From positions 2,592,001 to 2,656,000 of the forward strand of contig CM000150.2 in the NCBI GenBank assembly GCA_000004695.1: a DNA stretch of 64,000 bases, read 5' to 3'. The DNA is from Dictyostelium discoideum. Lineage: Eukaryota. The notes under the pieces were generated by a model. It had not been told where the DNA came from, did no database searches, and saw nothing but the letters and a program-made list of their open reading frames with translations. A program made the translations under genes and the position numbers. Of the stretch, positions 23,401 through 44,556 are shown piece after piece; position 1 is the first letter of the stretch, and each line of letters opens with the position of its first letter.

Positions 23401-26400
23401 AATGAGTCTTCCAAAAGATCTTAAAGATTTGAAATTTGATTCAACAAATTCACCTGATAAGGTATTTAAAATAACATCAATCTTTGATTCTAATTGATTT
23501 GAATATTCTTTATCTCTTGTACTAAAAATATTTTCACCATCTTCTTTGAAAAGATTATTAAAATTATCAATTAAAAATTTCTTCTTTTCATTTGATCCAA
23601 CTGTTGCGTAAACATTTGTTAATGGTTGTTGTTGTTGATTTTTCATTTTCAATAGATTTAATGATGCTAAACCAACACCACCAGTTGCTGAATGAATTAA
23701 AATGCTTTCTTCATTTGATAATTGACCAATGTTGAATAAACTATACCATGCAGTACAATAAACTACCGGAATTGAGGCAGCTTCAGAGAAAGAGATTGTA
23801 TCAGGTTTTAAGATTACAAGATCCTTGTTGGTAACAACATGTGAACCTAAACTATGACGAGCAAATCCAAAAACATTTTGACCAACTGAATATTCAGTAA
23901 CATTTGAACCGATTCTAGTGATAACACCACTACATTCTAAACCATATGGTGGATTATAGATATCACCCATTCTAAAGATTTCTTGTGGTAATAAACCTTT
24001 GTAAAATAGATTATCTTTGAAATTAATACCAACGCATTCTACTTTAATTTCAATTTGATTTTCAGTTAGCATTGATTGTTTAATTGCATATTTATATGAT
24101 AAATCTGATGATGCTTTACAATATAAATTTGAAGAATCAGTTTCAAATGCATTTGAACTCTCTAATAATTGTTTATTCTTGAAAATTCTAGAAACAAACA
24201 TTAATCCCTTCTTAAAGATGAATTCATTATCAGAGAATTTACTATTTGAAAATATTGGTTTCAATAATGATTGGAGTGAATAATCATTTGTATCCAAATC
24301 AATTGATGTAATTGATAAATTTGGATATTCATTCATTGATGTTCTTGAAATACCAATTAAAGATCTAGAATAGAATGATCTAGAAATTCTTTCACTTTGT
24401 TTTGTAATTAATAATACCTTTGGTGGTTTTTTATCATTTGATGATGATGCTGTTGTTGAAATCAAATTTAATAATTTAACATATTCAAATGATTGTTCTT
24501 GATAATTATTTTCTAATAAATCATATCCTAATAAACAAAATACTAATAAAGATTTTTGAATTTTCTCTAAAACTGAATTTGTAGAATTTAAAACATCCTT
24601 TGAATCAATAATTTCGATGGTTTTACAAAGTGATGTTGCCTCTTGAATATATTCAATAACCTTTGGGTATGATTTCATATTAGTTAATTGTTGACTATTT
24701 AAAACAATTACAATTGAACCAGATGATAAACCATTATTAATTGTAGTTGCTAATTTCATTTGTGAAATTGATTCTTTTTGACAATGTAAAATAAATGAAT
24801 GAGAATCTACATCTTTTTCACCACCAATAAATGATACATTTGAAAATCCACCATAACAATTTGATGATGATGATGATTCATTATTTAAAGATTGATTTAA
24901 TAATAATTGGTTCCATTGTGATTCTGATAATGAACAATGAGTAGTTCTAATATCATCATAGTAATTCCACCATTGATTGAAACAACCAAAAACTAAATCA
25001 CTAAAGACAACATTTGATTTAGGTTCAATACATAATAACCAACCTCTTGGTGATAATAATTTATAAAGTTGTTCAATACTGAATTTAATATTTGAAACTG
25101 CATGAATTACATAAGCCATTAAAACAATATCATAATCACCCATTAAGAAATCTGAACTATTGATGATTTCTTTTTCTAAATCCAACACAGAGAATTTAAA
25201 TGTAACATTTGGATAAAGGTTACACATTGTCTCTTGAATTTCACCAATGATAAAGTTTGCTGAAATATCTGTAAATGTATATTCGATTATTATATTATAA
25301 CCGCTACCACCATTACTATTTAATGTTGATAAGTAAGTATTTAATTTTGTTAAAACAACATTTGAAAGTGAACCAGTACCAGCACCAATTTCTAAAATTC
25401 TAAAAACTCTTTTCTCTCTAACTATTGGTCTAATTGATTCTAACACCATTTCAGAGACCCTTTCCAAGTAGAAACGAGTTGAATTTGAATTTGAATAGAA
25501 TCTAGTTAATAGATTATCTTGAAACAATGTCATTGATGATTGTTTATCATTTTCAAATAACAATTTTGGAATAATCATTGAAACTTTTTCAATTACTTCA
25601 AATTCTAAAAGTTGAACTTCACTTGGATACTTTAATTCAATGATTTCTTTTAATTCTTTTAATTCCTTTTCATTCAATATCTTTGGATATTGTTTAATGA
25701 TTGAAATAATTCTTGTAAAGAATCTAAGATATTCTTTTGAAATTGATAATGATTCCATAAGTTGGTCATCATTTAAATGATTCTCCAATGAATTGATATC
25801 GAATGATTGTTGATTTTTATATTTTTCATGATTAATTAATTCTTTATGAATTATTGAAGAACAATATTGTTCAAATTGAATGTCCTTAAGAATGGTTGAT
25901 CTAATGAACGATGGATTTGAATTTAATGGTGATTGTTGTTGAATTTGTTGTGGTGTTGGAATTGGTGAATCTTTTGATTGCCATTCAATTGAAAATGTTT
26001 CATCCAATGGAGATTCAATTGTTTCATTTGTTTTTGTTGATTTTGGATTAGTTGATTTAATTATAAATTTACCAATTGATAAAATTAAACTACCATCTTT
26101 TGTAAATAATTTACATGTACCTTCTGATGAGAATGAAGTTGCCTTTGAAATTGTAGTATAAAGGTAGAATTGAACATTACCAACTGATGTTTGATTAAAT
26201 GAACCAATATTTTCGAGATAGATTGAAACTGATGAAATACTTTCAACAACAAATGAACCTTTTTCATTAATTAAAGTTAATAAACCATGGAAACAATTAT
26301 CTAAAAGGCATGGATTTAAAATTGTTGTAAATAAAGTATCCTCTGGTAATGAAAGTGTTGCAAATGAACAATCTTTACCAGTTTCAATGGTATCAACCAC

Positions 26401-29400
26401 TTGGAAGAGTGAATTATATTGTAATCCAAGATTCTTTGAAATCTTATCATACAATTCAAATTTGTCAAGTTTTGAAATGTCACAACGATTTCTAAGTATT
26501 TGTAAATCTTGTTTCTTTGATAAAGTTAATGTTGATGATGGTGATGGTTGTTGTTGTTCTAATGAAATGGTTGCTTTACAAGTATTTGTCCAAGTTTCAT
26601 CACTCATTGATTTAACTTTTGATTGATCTTCAACAGTATCCTTTATGAAAAAGTTTACAGAGAATGCTGACTTTTTAGTAACAATTGGTTCAAATGATGA
26701 TTGTAGAGTTTGTAATTTATTCTCAGTTAAATGAATTGGGTTTAAGAATTGAATTTTATCAACATTGATTATATATGAGTTTGAACTATCTGATGAATTC
26801 AATTGTTGTTTTTGATAATCAAAGAATTCAATTATTATATCTAAATAACCAGCACCTGGGAATACTGGTTTACCATTTACTAAATGATCTAATAAATATT
26901 TGTAATTATCTGATTGTAAATCTAAAACACTTTGAAATACTGGGAATGAATAAATGATTCTGTGACCAAGCAATGAAGTTGTTGGACCCTCTAATCTATT
27001 CTTTCTTGAAATTAATGGTTCACTCCAATATTCATCTTGTTCCCATTGATATCTTGGTAAAGAATTTGTTGTCTCTTTAAATGAATTTTGTTTAACATTA
27101 TTCAAATGATGATCATTATTAACATTGTCACAAATTGAATTTAATTGAAAATTGAAATCAACATTTACACCATTGAAGTATAATTGAGAAACAAATTTTT
27201 TATATGAATTGTTTGAATTCTCTTTTCTATTCAATGGGCAAAGTACTGATGAAGAATTCTTGTTTGATGATGGAATTGATTTTTTAATTAAACTAAATAA
27301 AGTTGGATGTGGAGCAATTTCAACATAAATGACCTTTTGATTGGATGGATAATGTGATTTGATATATGATGTTATACTTTCGATTGTTTTTTGAAATAAA
27401 ACTGGTTCTCTAACATTATCATAGATATGTTGGGCTGTAACATGACCACTCAAGACTTGTCTACCAGTTACTGTTGAGAATAATGGAATTTCAGTTTCAC
27501 CAGTTGATTGTAAATTTGAAAGTTCTTCAAACATTGAACCTTTGATAACTTCTTGGTGACTACTATGGAATGAACATGGTGATCTTAAGAATGTATTAAA
27601 GATTTGATTCGATTCATCGGATAACTTAATTGACAATTCTTTTAATCTTTCTTCATTACCTGTGACAACGATTGAATCTGGTGCATTGTAACAAGCGATT
27701 TCGATATCTGACCATTCGGCGCTAAATTGATCATTCCATTGTTTAAAACCCATTGAAACCACTAACATTTTACCTGATCCCATTGTTTTATTTTGATTTG
27801 AACTTCTTACATATACTATTTTACAAGCGGTCTCTAAACTAATAATACCCGATAAATAGTAAGATGATACTTCACCAAAACTATGACCAACTGAAATTGA
27901 TGGATAAATACCCCAATATTTGAATAATTCAACTAAACCAATTTGTAATAAAAACAATGATGGTTGTGCAACAATTGGATGATTAATTGAATCATCATTA
28001 TCATCAATCTTTGATAATACATTTAAAATTGAATAACCAAAGTATTTATATAAAATTGAATCTACATGATCAACTGTATTCTTGAATACATTTTCGCTAT
28101 TATATAATGTTTTAATCATTCCATTCCATTGTGGTCCTTGTCCACAAAATACAAATACTAATAATGGTTCAATATCATTTATAGTTGATGTAGTAGTTGT
28201 ATTGATTTGATTTGCGCTATCAATACCGCGATTACTACTACTACTACCACCTTCGCCATCTTTACTTTCGATTAAATTATGAAACTCATTTGATCCCTTT
28301 ATAAAGGAATTCCAATCGTTTGCAATTGTAGTCATTCTATTTGATAAATTATATTGTTTAGATTTAATTTGAAATTTTACAAAATCATCAAATGAAATAT
28401 CTTTATGATAATTTGAATTCGTCTTTATCAAAATTAAATATTTATCTAATGATTTTTTAGTTTTACTTGAAATTGGTATTAAATAATCTATATTATTATT
28501 ATTATTATTATTGTTATTACTAAAAAATAAATAATGTTAATGGTTGAACTTTTAAATATAACTTTTTTTTAAAATTTTAAAAAATTACTTACCAAATTGT
28601 TGAATTATTTTTAAAATTATTATTATATTCTTGAATTATTAAATGACAGTTTGAACCTCCAAATCCAAAACTATTAATTCCAATATTTACCAATTTATCG
28701 GTTGGAAATTGTCTAATTTCTCTAATTACAGAGATATTATATTGATCGAATGGAATTGATGGATTTAAATTTGAACAATTAATTGATGGAACTAACATAC
28801 GATTTTTAAGCATTAAACAACATTTAATTAATGATGCAATTCCAGCAGCTGATTCTAAATGACCAATATTTGATTTAAATGATCCAATTAATAATGGTTC
28901 TGGTGAGGTATTATCGTCATCGTCGTCGTCGTTGTCGTTACCATCAGTGGAAAAATTATTTAATTGATTATTGTTTGAATTGCTAAATATTTTTGATAAA
29001 GCTTTAACTTCAATTGGATCACCAACTGGTGTACCTGTACCATGAGCCTCAATGTAATATATATCGGATGGTGACAAGGACGCTTTCTCCATTGCTTTTG
29101 AGATATTAATTGATTGAGCTTCACAAGATGGAGTAGTTAAACTATTCTTATCACCATTGGAAGCGCCGTCTTCATTGGAAGAAACTCCTTTAATTACGCC
29201 ATATATTCTATCACCGTCGAGTTTAGCTTGTTCCAATGATTTCAAAACAACAACACCGGCACCTTCTGAACGTACATAACCCGAAGCTTGATCAGAGAAT
29301 GAATTGCAACGGCCATTTTCACTTAATACACCTAATTTACTGAATGCCACACTTGTTGATGGATCAAAGAGTGCATTTACACCACCGCAAATTGCAATTT

Positions 29401-30117
29401 TACACTCACCCATTTGAATCGATTGAACACCTAAATTTACCGAAACTAATGAAGATGAGCATGCTGTATCAACGGTTATTGAAGGTCCACGGAAATCGAA
29501 ACAGTATGAAATACGATTTGAATTTAATGATGAATTTGAACCCGTCATTGTGTAAGGTGATATTGAATAGTTATCTTGAAAACCTAACTTTGTATAATCA
29601 TTATTAGAAACACCAATAAAAACACCAGTATTTGAACCACGTAATTCATCTGGACGAATATATGCATCTTCTAATGATTCCCAAACAATTGATAATAATA
29701 ACCTTTGTTGTGGATCAATAAATGGTGCTTCTCTTTTTTTTTTTTTTTTTTTTTTTTTATAAATTTTAAAATAATAAGTTGGAAAAATAAAAAAATAAAA
29801 AAAAATTAATATTTTAACCCAATAAAAAAATAAAAAAAAAAAATGACTTACTTTGGACCAATTCCAAAAAATAAAGGATCAAAATTTTTCCATTCTGAAT
29901 CTTTTAAAAAACCACCAAATTTATTTTTGATTAATCCCATTTCTCTAAAAGATGTAGCCCATCTCTCTTTTGGAACTTGAGTAATAGCATCAAAGCCATC
30001 TAATAAATTATTCCATAATGACTCTGGATCGTTTGAGTTACCTGGAAATCTAAAACCAACTCCAATTACTGCTACATCTGAAGAGTTTGGTGATTGGATT
30101 TTTGAATTTTTATTCAT
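20482..30117 (-). CDS. stlA: Hybrid polyketide synthase 'Steely': a FAS-like type I PKS (KS-AT-DH-MT-ER-KR-ACP) fused to a C-terminal type III (chalcone-synthase-like) PKS. Three exons: 29852..30117, 28593..29732 and 20482..28510. About 3144 aa.
   Basis: KS active site DTACSSSL and EAHGTGTPVGDPIE. AT motif GHSFGE. Methyltransferase motif LEIGAGTGS. ER motif HSATGGVG. ACP motif GLDSLL. C-terminal type III PKS motifs: MGCLAGLSSL (catalytic Cys), IHTGGKSI and GNMSSASV. Minus-strand GTAAGT donors at 29851 and 28592, and ag acceptors at 29733 and 28511. The summed CDS is 9435 nt = 3145 codons, in phase. The length fits the reported Steely1 (3147 aa) better than Steely2. The neighbouring rab7 also points to the chromosome-1 copy. 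Assignment to stlA rather than stlB is by recall, not alignment. Confidence 0.85.
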
Positions 30118-36493
<6,376 letters not shown>

Positions 36494-36562
36494 ATTAATA
36501 TTTCATAAAAATAAATAATAATAATAAAAAAAAAAATAAAAAAAATAAAATAATTGTAATCA

Positions 36563-36690
36563 AAAGTCTTTTTAATAAATGATAATAATGGTGATGATGA
36601 TAATGATGTTTAATAAAGAGATTAAAGTCTTTTTAATAAATGATAATAATGGTGATGATGATGATGATGATGTTTAATAAAGAGATTAAA
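36563..36690. repeat. Tandem duplication (two copies of about 62 bp) in the rab7 3' region. The (GAT)n length differs between the copies.
   Basis: The copy agtctttttaataaatgataataatggtgatgatga(t/a)aatgatgtttaataaagagattaaa occurs twice back to back. The second copy has extra GAT units. Confidence 0.8.
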
Positions 36691-37415
36691 ATATTTAAAA
36701 AAATTATTACCCATTTTATTTGATTTTATGAATTGTTATAATCATAAAAAATATATATATAATTAAATAATATATTATATATATATATTTTTTTTTAGAA
36801 TATACAAAGATTAATACTTTTTTTTATGAAATAAATAATATAAATTATAAAAAATATTAAAACAAAAAAAAATTTAATAAAATAAATAATTTTTTTTTTT
36901 TTTTTTATTATTATTACCCTTTTAAGTGAAAAATTTTACCCTTTTTGCCATTGCCCAATAAAGCACAAAATAAAATAAAAAAATCAATCAATAATAAAAA
37001 AAAAAAACAGGGTAAAAATGATGAGATTTTGTAATAATATTTTTAATAATTTTAATTATCTTGCACAATTTTTTTCCAAAGAAAAGAAAAATGGTAAAAT
37101 AAAAATAATTAAATCCTCATCACAAAAAATAAAAAAAAAAAAAACCTAGTCACTGAGGTCAGCATTTGAATTTTTTGTCTTTATAAGAATTTTTTTTTTT
37201 TTTTTTCCATACATTATTATATTTTTATTTATTTTTTCTTATTTTTTTTTAATTTTTTAATTTTTTATTTTTTTATTTTTTAATTTTTTAATTTTTTATT
37301 TTTTTTTTTTATTTTTATTTTTATTTTTTATTTAACTACAACAAATCATATATGTATAAAATATAATAATAATTAAATTTATAAATTCATTGTATAAAAA
37401 AAAAATCAAAAGAAG

Positions 37416-37465
<50 letters not shown>

Positions 37466-37487
37466 CAAACAAAAATAAAAATTAAAA

Positions 37488-38345
<858 letters not shown>

Positions 38346-38811
38346 TAATCAATTTAAAAAAAAAAAAAAAAATAAAAAAAATTAAAAAAATAAAAAAAAT
38401 AAAAACAAGATCGTACAATTGTAAATATATAATATATAATAAATTAGGGAAAAACTATAGTAATTTTAATTTTTTAATTTTTTAATTTTTTTTATTTATT
38501 TTTTTTTATTTTTTTTTTTTTTTTTTTTTTTTGGAAAAGCAATCAAAAGATCAAAAAACCATTTTTTATTATATTATTTTTATTTTTATTTTTTTTTTTT
38601 TTTGATTAAATTATTTTTTTTATTTTTTTAATTTTGCGAAAAAAAAAAAAAAAAAAAAAAATGAAACTCAATTTCATTTTATATTTTTAGAGAACAATAA
38701 ACTTCAAAAACATTTATTGTTTTTGTTTTTCCAAAAACATTAAAACACACCACATCAACATAGACCCCCCCTCCACTTCTCCCATAACACAAAATATAAA
38801 AATTAAAGAAG

Positions 38812-39796
38812 ATGTCAATTAAAACGCTAACATTATATAATTTTAATACCAGTTATTCATTTGGTAAAGAGGAGAAAAAAGAAAAAGAACAATCACTTAC
38901 ATCAAAATTAGCACGTTTAAAAGATTCTTATGAAAAAGAAGGATTAAGAAAAGCAGTAGAGGGTATCATTATTATTCATGATCATGGTCATCCTCATATA
39001 TTACTTTTACAAGATAATAATTATTTTAAATTGTATGTATATTTTTACAAAAAATAAAATCTATAAATAATTCAATTCAATTCAATTTATAATTATACTA
39101 ACCATATATGGTTAACATATATATATATATATATAGACCGGGAGGTAAACTTAAACCAGGAGAAAATGAAATTGATGGACTTATAAGAAAATTAACAAAA
39201 AAACTATCACCAACAGGTACTCCTGTATCAGATGCACCTTGGGAGGTATGATAATTTATTTTATTATTTTTTAATTTTTACTACTATCATTTTTATACTA
39301 ATATTTTTTAATTTAATTTAATTTAATTTAATTTATTTAATTTATTTAATTTTTAAAGATTGGTGATCATGTTTCAACATGGTGGAGACCAAATTTTGAA
39401 CCATCCCTTGTATGTATAATTTACTTTTTTTTTTTTTTAAACCCCAAATTTAAGATTAATAAGAAAATCTAATTTTCGTTTTTTTATTATTTTTTTTATA
39501 GTTTCCATATATTCCTTCTCATATAACTAAACCAAAAGAATGTAAAAAACTATTTGTTGTTACCCTTCCTGAAAAATGTAAGTAAAAAAAAAAAAACAAT
39601 ATTTAAGTTTTGGTTACTAATTTACATCATCATTAATATGAAAAAAATAGGTAAATTTGCTGTTTCAAATAATTTAAGTTTAATTGCTGTGTCACTTTAT
39701 GAAATTTATAATAATTCTCAAAGATATGGTGCTGTAATTTCAAGTATTCCTGCACTCATTAGTAGATATACTTTCGTTTATCTCAATGTAGATTAG
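38812..39796 (+). CDS. Cleavage factor Im 25 kDa subunit (CPSF5/NUDT21), Nudix fold, about 200 aa in five exons: 38812..39032, 39137..39245, 39359..39409, 39502..39577 and 39651..39796.
   Basis: Spliced product ..LYNFNTSYSFGKEE...GLRKAVEGIIIIHDHGHPHILLLQDNNYFKLPGGKLKPGENEIDGLIRKLTKKL...[90 protein letters not shown] matches human NUDT21 almost motif for motif (LYPLTNYTFGTKE...[30 protein letters not shown]...[28 protein letters not shown]). All junctions are GT..AG and in phase. Confidence 0.85.
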
Positions 39797-40260
39797 ATAT
39801 AACCAAAAAAAAAAATAAAAAAATAAAAAATGATAAAAAATAAAAATAATAAAAATATATATATATAAAAAACAACAGAATGAATGTAATCATTCTGTTT
39901 TTTGATTTTTTTTTTTTAAGTGTCAAATTTAAATGTTTTTATTGTCAATAAAATATTATTTTCACCTTTTTTTTTTTTATTGATAAAAACACCTAAATTT
40001 TTATTTTTAATATTTTAGTAAATTGGATTTATTTTTACTTTGAAATAAAATAAAATGAAGTAAAAAATAATTTAATTTATGATCGTTTTATGATTTTTCA
40101 TTGTGTGTGTTTAAAAATCAAAAAACATTTTGGTTGTAAATTTTTTTTTTTTTTTTTTTTTTTTTTCAATTTTTTTTTATTTTTTTTTTATTTTTTATTT
40201 TTTTTATATTTTTTTTTTTTTCATTCATTTTTATTCCTTCACACACAATATATATCGAAA

Positions 40261-40988
<728 letters not shown>

Positions 40989-41519
40989 AAATAATAACAA
41001 TAGTAATAATAATAACAATAATTAATAATAATAATATACTTTAAATACAAACAATCGCACGATAAGATTGTAAAAGGAAAAAAAGAATCAAATCACGAAA
41101 AAAAAAAAAAAAAAAAACAAATCACGTTATCAAGAACCATATACTACTTTTTTAATATAAACGTAGAAAGAAAACTAAAAACCTAAAAAAAAAACAAATA
41201 AAAAAATATAAAATTGTAAAAACAAAATTAAAAAAAAATAAAAAAAAATATCTAATTATATGTTTACAATAATCTTGGGGAAAAAAAAAAAAAAAAAAAA
41301 AGGAAAAAGAAAATGTTACTTAAACTAAAAATTTTTTTTTATTTTTTATTTTTTTTTTTTTTAATATTTAAATGTAGTCTTTTTTTAATCCTTTTCATTT
41401 TACCTGTTTCTTCTTTTTTTTTTTTCTTTTTTTTTTTTTTCCTGATTTGTTTTTTTTTTTTTTTTTTTTTTCTTTTCCTGACTTGTTTTTTTTTATTTTT
41501 TTTTTTTTATTAAATTAAT

Positions 41520-42450
41520 TTAACCAGAGAAAGAAATTGAACTTCTAATTTCAGTTTTTGGTAAAAAACGGATTAAATTTAATTTTTGGTCAAATTGACA
41601 AATTTCTTTTAAATTTTTATCCAAATTATTTTCAATATGACTGAGTATTGATTTATTATTTCTGTCACCAACTAAAGCAGTTTTCATATCGACATAAATT
41701 TCTTTAACTTCATTTTCCTCATCCAAATGTTTAATTACCCAACAGAATGGATGATTTTGACTAAATTGAACTAAAAATCTTACTGCTATATTATTATTAT
41801 TATTATTATTTACTCCACCATTTGTAGGTGATGGTGTTAATAATAACTCTTTTACTTTTTCATTTGTAATAAATAAAAATATCATTCCTAAATTCCAAAG
41901 ATCCATTGCATTCTTTTGATATTTAATAACTTTAAAAACTGGTGATAAAATTGAAATAAATGAATCAAATTCTTCATTTGTAATTTTATTTTCTTTTTTT
42001 TTTTTTATTATTATTATTAAAATTAATTAATATTAGTAAAAGTGGAAAAAAAGTGGGAAAAAAAAAAAAAGATAATATTTACCAGCAATTTGATTTAATA
42101 AATTTTGTAAAGGTTCATTTGGTAATAATTGATATTGTTGAACTAAATTTTTTCTAATATTTAAACAAATTGGAAAGAATTTTTGAAGTGTTTTAATAAC
42201 ACGATGATGAGTAACTTGATTAAATAAATATGGTTGTTTTTCTTGTTTTTCTTGTTTTTGTTTTTGTTGTTCTTGCTCTTGTTGTTGTTGTTGTTGCTGT
42301 TGTTGAAGCTTATCAGCATCCTCTAATGATAATGAATGTAAACTATGAGTGTTGCTGTTATTTTCTTGATTGTTTGATATTAATAATGGTACAGTGTCTT
42401 TATACTATTTATTTTTTTAAAAAAAAAATAATAGATTAGTTTATAATTAT

Positions 42451-42490
<40 letters not shown>

Positions 42491-42876
42491 ATTGACAAAA
42501 CTTACTAAAAATATTTCATCTTTTAATAATTGACAAAAATGATCAACCCATTGGGAATCATTTGCAAATACTATGAATCTCTCAGAGTAATTTGTTTCAA
42601 TTGTAAATTGTTCTTTGGTGATTTTATGAATTAAGCAAATTGAAAATTTCAATGAAGAAAATTGTGTTGTTGCTTTTACACATTTTAATGCTGTCTTACC
42701 GCTATATTTATTATTCTCAATTGGGAATAAATCAAATGTATGATGTTCAAATAAATCTGATTTTTCATTATTACTTAAACTTAATGGTGATGTATTTCCA
42801 TTATTATTATTATCATTTTCATTATTTCCATTCTGTATATTATTATTATTGTTATTATTATTACTATTACTATTAC

Positions 42877-42970
<94 letters not shown>

Positions 42971-44041
42971 GTTTATATTATTATTTATATTATTACTATT
43001 ATCGATACTATTTAAATTACCTATATTATTATTATTATTATTATTGTTTATATTATTATTTATATTATTATTTATATTATTTACATTATTATTTATATTA
43101 CTATTTATATTATTATTATTATTTATATTATTATTATCATTTTCATTTGAATGGTTCGGTGATAAAGAAGTATTTATAATATTATTTGTAATTGGTATAA
43201 TTGTACTATTTTGACCAATACTATTGATAGTTTGAGCAGAAGAATGTACTTTTAATTTTGAATAAGTGTATGGAAAGTTTGAAGTTGTGAGCATTTCAAT
43301 TATTAATTCATCAGGTTGCATTTGTTTATGTCTTTTAAGCATACCAGGGAATGGTTGTCTAGCAAATACCAATACTGCACTAGAATTACCATCGATAAGA
43401 TCTAAAGATGAATTGAAATCTTTTGGAGATGTTGTTGAGAATCCAATTGAAAATCGGTCCAATTCTTTCAATAAAATTGATAAATGTTTTGAAAGGTTAT
43501 GTAAATCTAATAATTTCAATTGTAATGAATGTGTAATAACAAATTCGAATCCAGTGACTAATTGAATTATTGAATCCCATAATGTTTTTATAATTGTAAT
43601 GGTTTGAGTTATCTCTTGAATAAGTAATGCACAAACTTGTGTAATATGTTGTGACTGTTGTTCAAATATAAATTCAGTTGGAAAATCTGAATCAATTAAT
43701 TTACTATTATTATTATTATTATTTTCATTTTTGTCTAATTGTTGTTGTTGTTGTTGTTGCTGTTGTTGTTTCTCTTCATATTCTTTCATTTGATTTTTTA
43801 AACTTATACCTTGTAAAATTAATCTATTTTGTTTTGCAATAAAATTTGAACATAATAATTTTAACTCTTTTGATTTTTTACTATAATAGTCATGTTCTTC
43901 TTTCATGAAACCATCAATTGTAATTGCAGATGATTGCTCCGATAATAATTGTTTTTGTTTTATTTCTGATTGAATTCTATGTTTGGCAAGTTCTTCAACC
44001 AATAATAATGGTTGAAGTTGTTGTAGTAATTCATCTGACAT
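41520..44041 (-). CDS. STAT-family transcription factor of about 776 aa in three exons: 42506..44041, 42083..42404 and 41520..41992. It has an N-terminal coiled coil, a STAT DNA-binding core, a ~115-residue poly-Asn tract, polyQ, and a C-terminal SH2 domain.
   Basis: The ORF-track entries 42485..44041 and 41520..41906 are one gene. The first reads through a GTAAGT donor (..KDEIFL|gtaagt) into a stop. Splicing to the aaatag acceptor at 42405 continues in phase (YKDTVPLLISNNQENN...). A second intron runs from GCTG|GTAAAT to aaaaag|AAAATAAAATT. STAT DNA-binding motif LVFARQPFPGM (compare FVVERQPCMP). SH2 region LWNLGMIFLFITNEKVKELLLTPSP...AVRFLVQFSQNHPFCWVIKHLDE (compare LWNDG.IMGFISKERERALL...GTFLLRFSES...FTWV). 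It is possibly dstD on chromosome 1, but the paralogue was not assigned. Confidence 0.7.
42849..43180 (-). repeat. Coding (AAT)n/(AAC) trinucleotide array of about 330 nt that encodes the poly-Asn tract of the STAT gene.
   Basis: Direct reading. The same array gives spurious polyY/polyL/polyI ORFs in the other frames and on the other strand. Confidence 0.85.
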
Positions 44042-44556
44042 TTTATAATAATAATAATATATAAATATTTTTTTATGTAAAAAAATAAAAATATATATAT
44101 CTCTAAATGTGAGAAATTAAAAATAAAAAAAAAATGTAAAAAAAGAAAAAAAAAAAAAATTTTCTCTCACCCCCTATGAGACCAAAAACCCGAAAAAAAA
44201 AAAACCATTTTTTTAATAAAAAATAAAAATAAAAAAAAATAAAAAAAAATAATCTTATTAAAATAAATAAAAAAAAAATACTATTATAGGAATTTTGAGA
44301 TCTTATTTAGTTAATTATAAAATAAAATAATAATTTTTAAAAAAAAAAAAAAAAAAACATTAATTAAAAAAAAAAAAAAAAAAAATATCCTAATCAAAAA
44401 AAAACATTAATTAAAAAAAAAAAAAAAATTTAATAATAAAAAATTAAAATTATTTTTAGTTTAAACAATATTCCTTTTTTTTTTTTTTTTTGGAATATAT
44501 AATGAAATCAAGATATATTTTTAGTAATAGTTTTAGTTTAATCAAAATAATAATAG

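Noticed and set aside
40090-40260. Upstream extension of the 40261 gene ORF (MIFHCVCLKIKKHFGCKFFFFFF...)
   Set aside because: The extension is encoded by poly-T/low-complexity promoter sequence. The conserved-looking protein begins at the ATG at 40261 (MTHSDQPSFGKK...).
42640-43214. Plus-strand ORFs encoding polyY and polyL proteins of 179 aa and 121 aa
   Set aside because: They are alternative-frame or opposite-strand readings of the (AAT)n array that encodes the STAT poly-Asn tract. They show no complexity outside the repeat.
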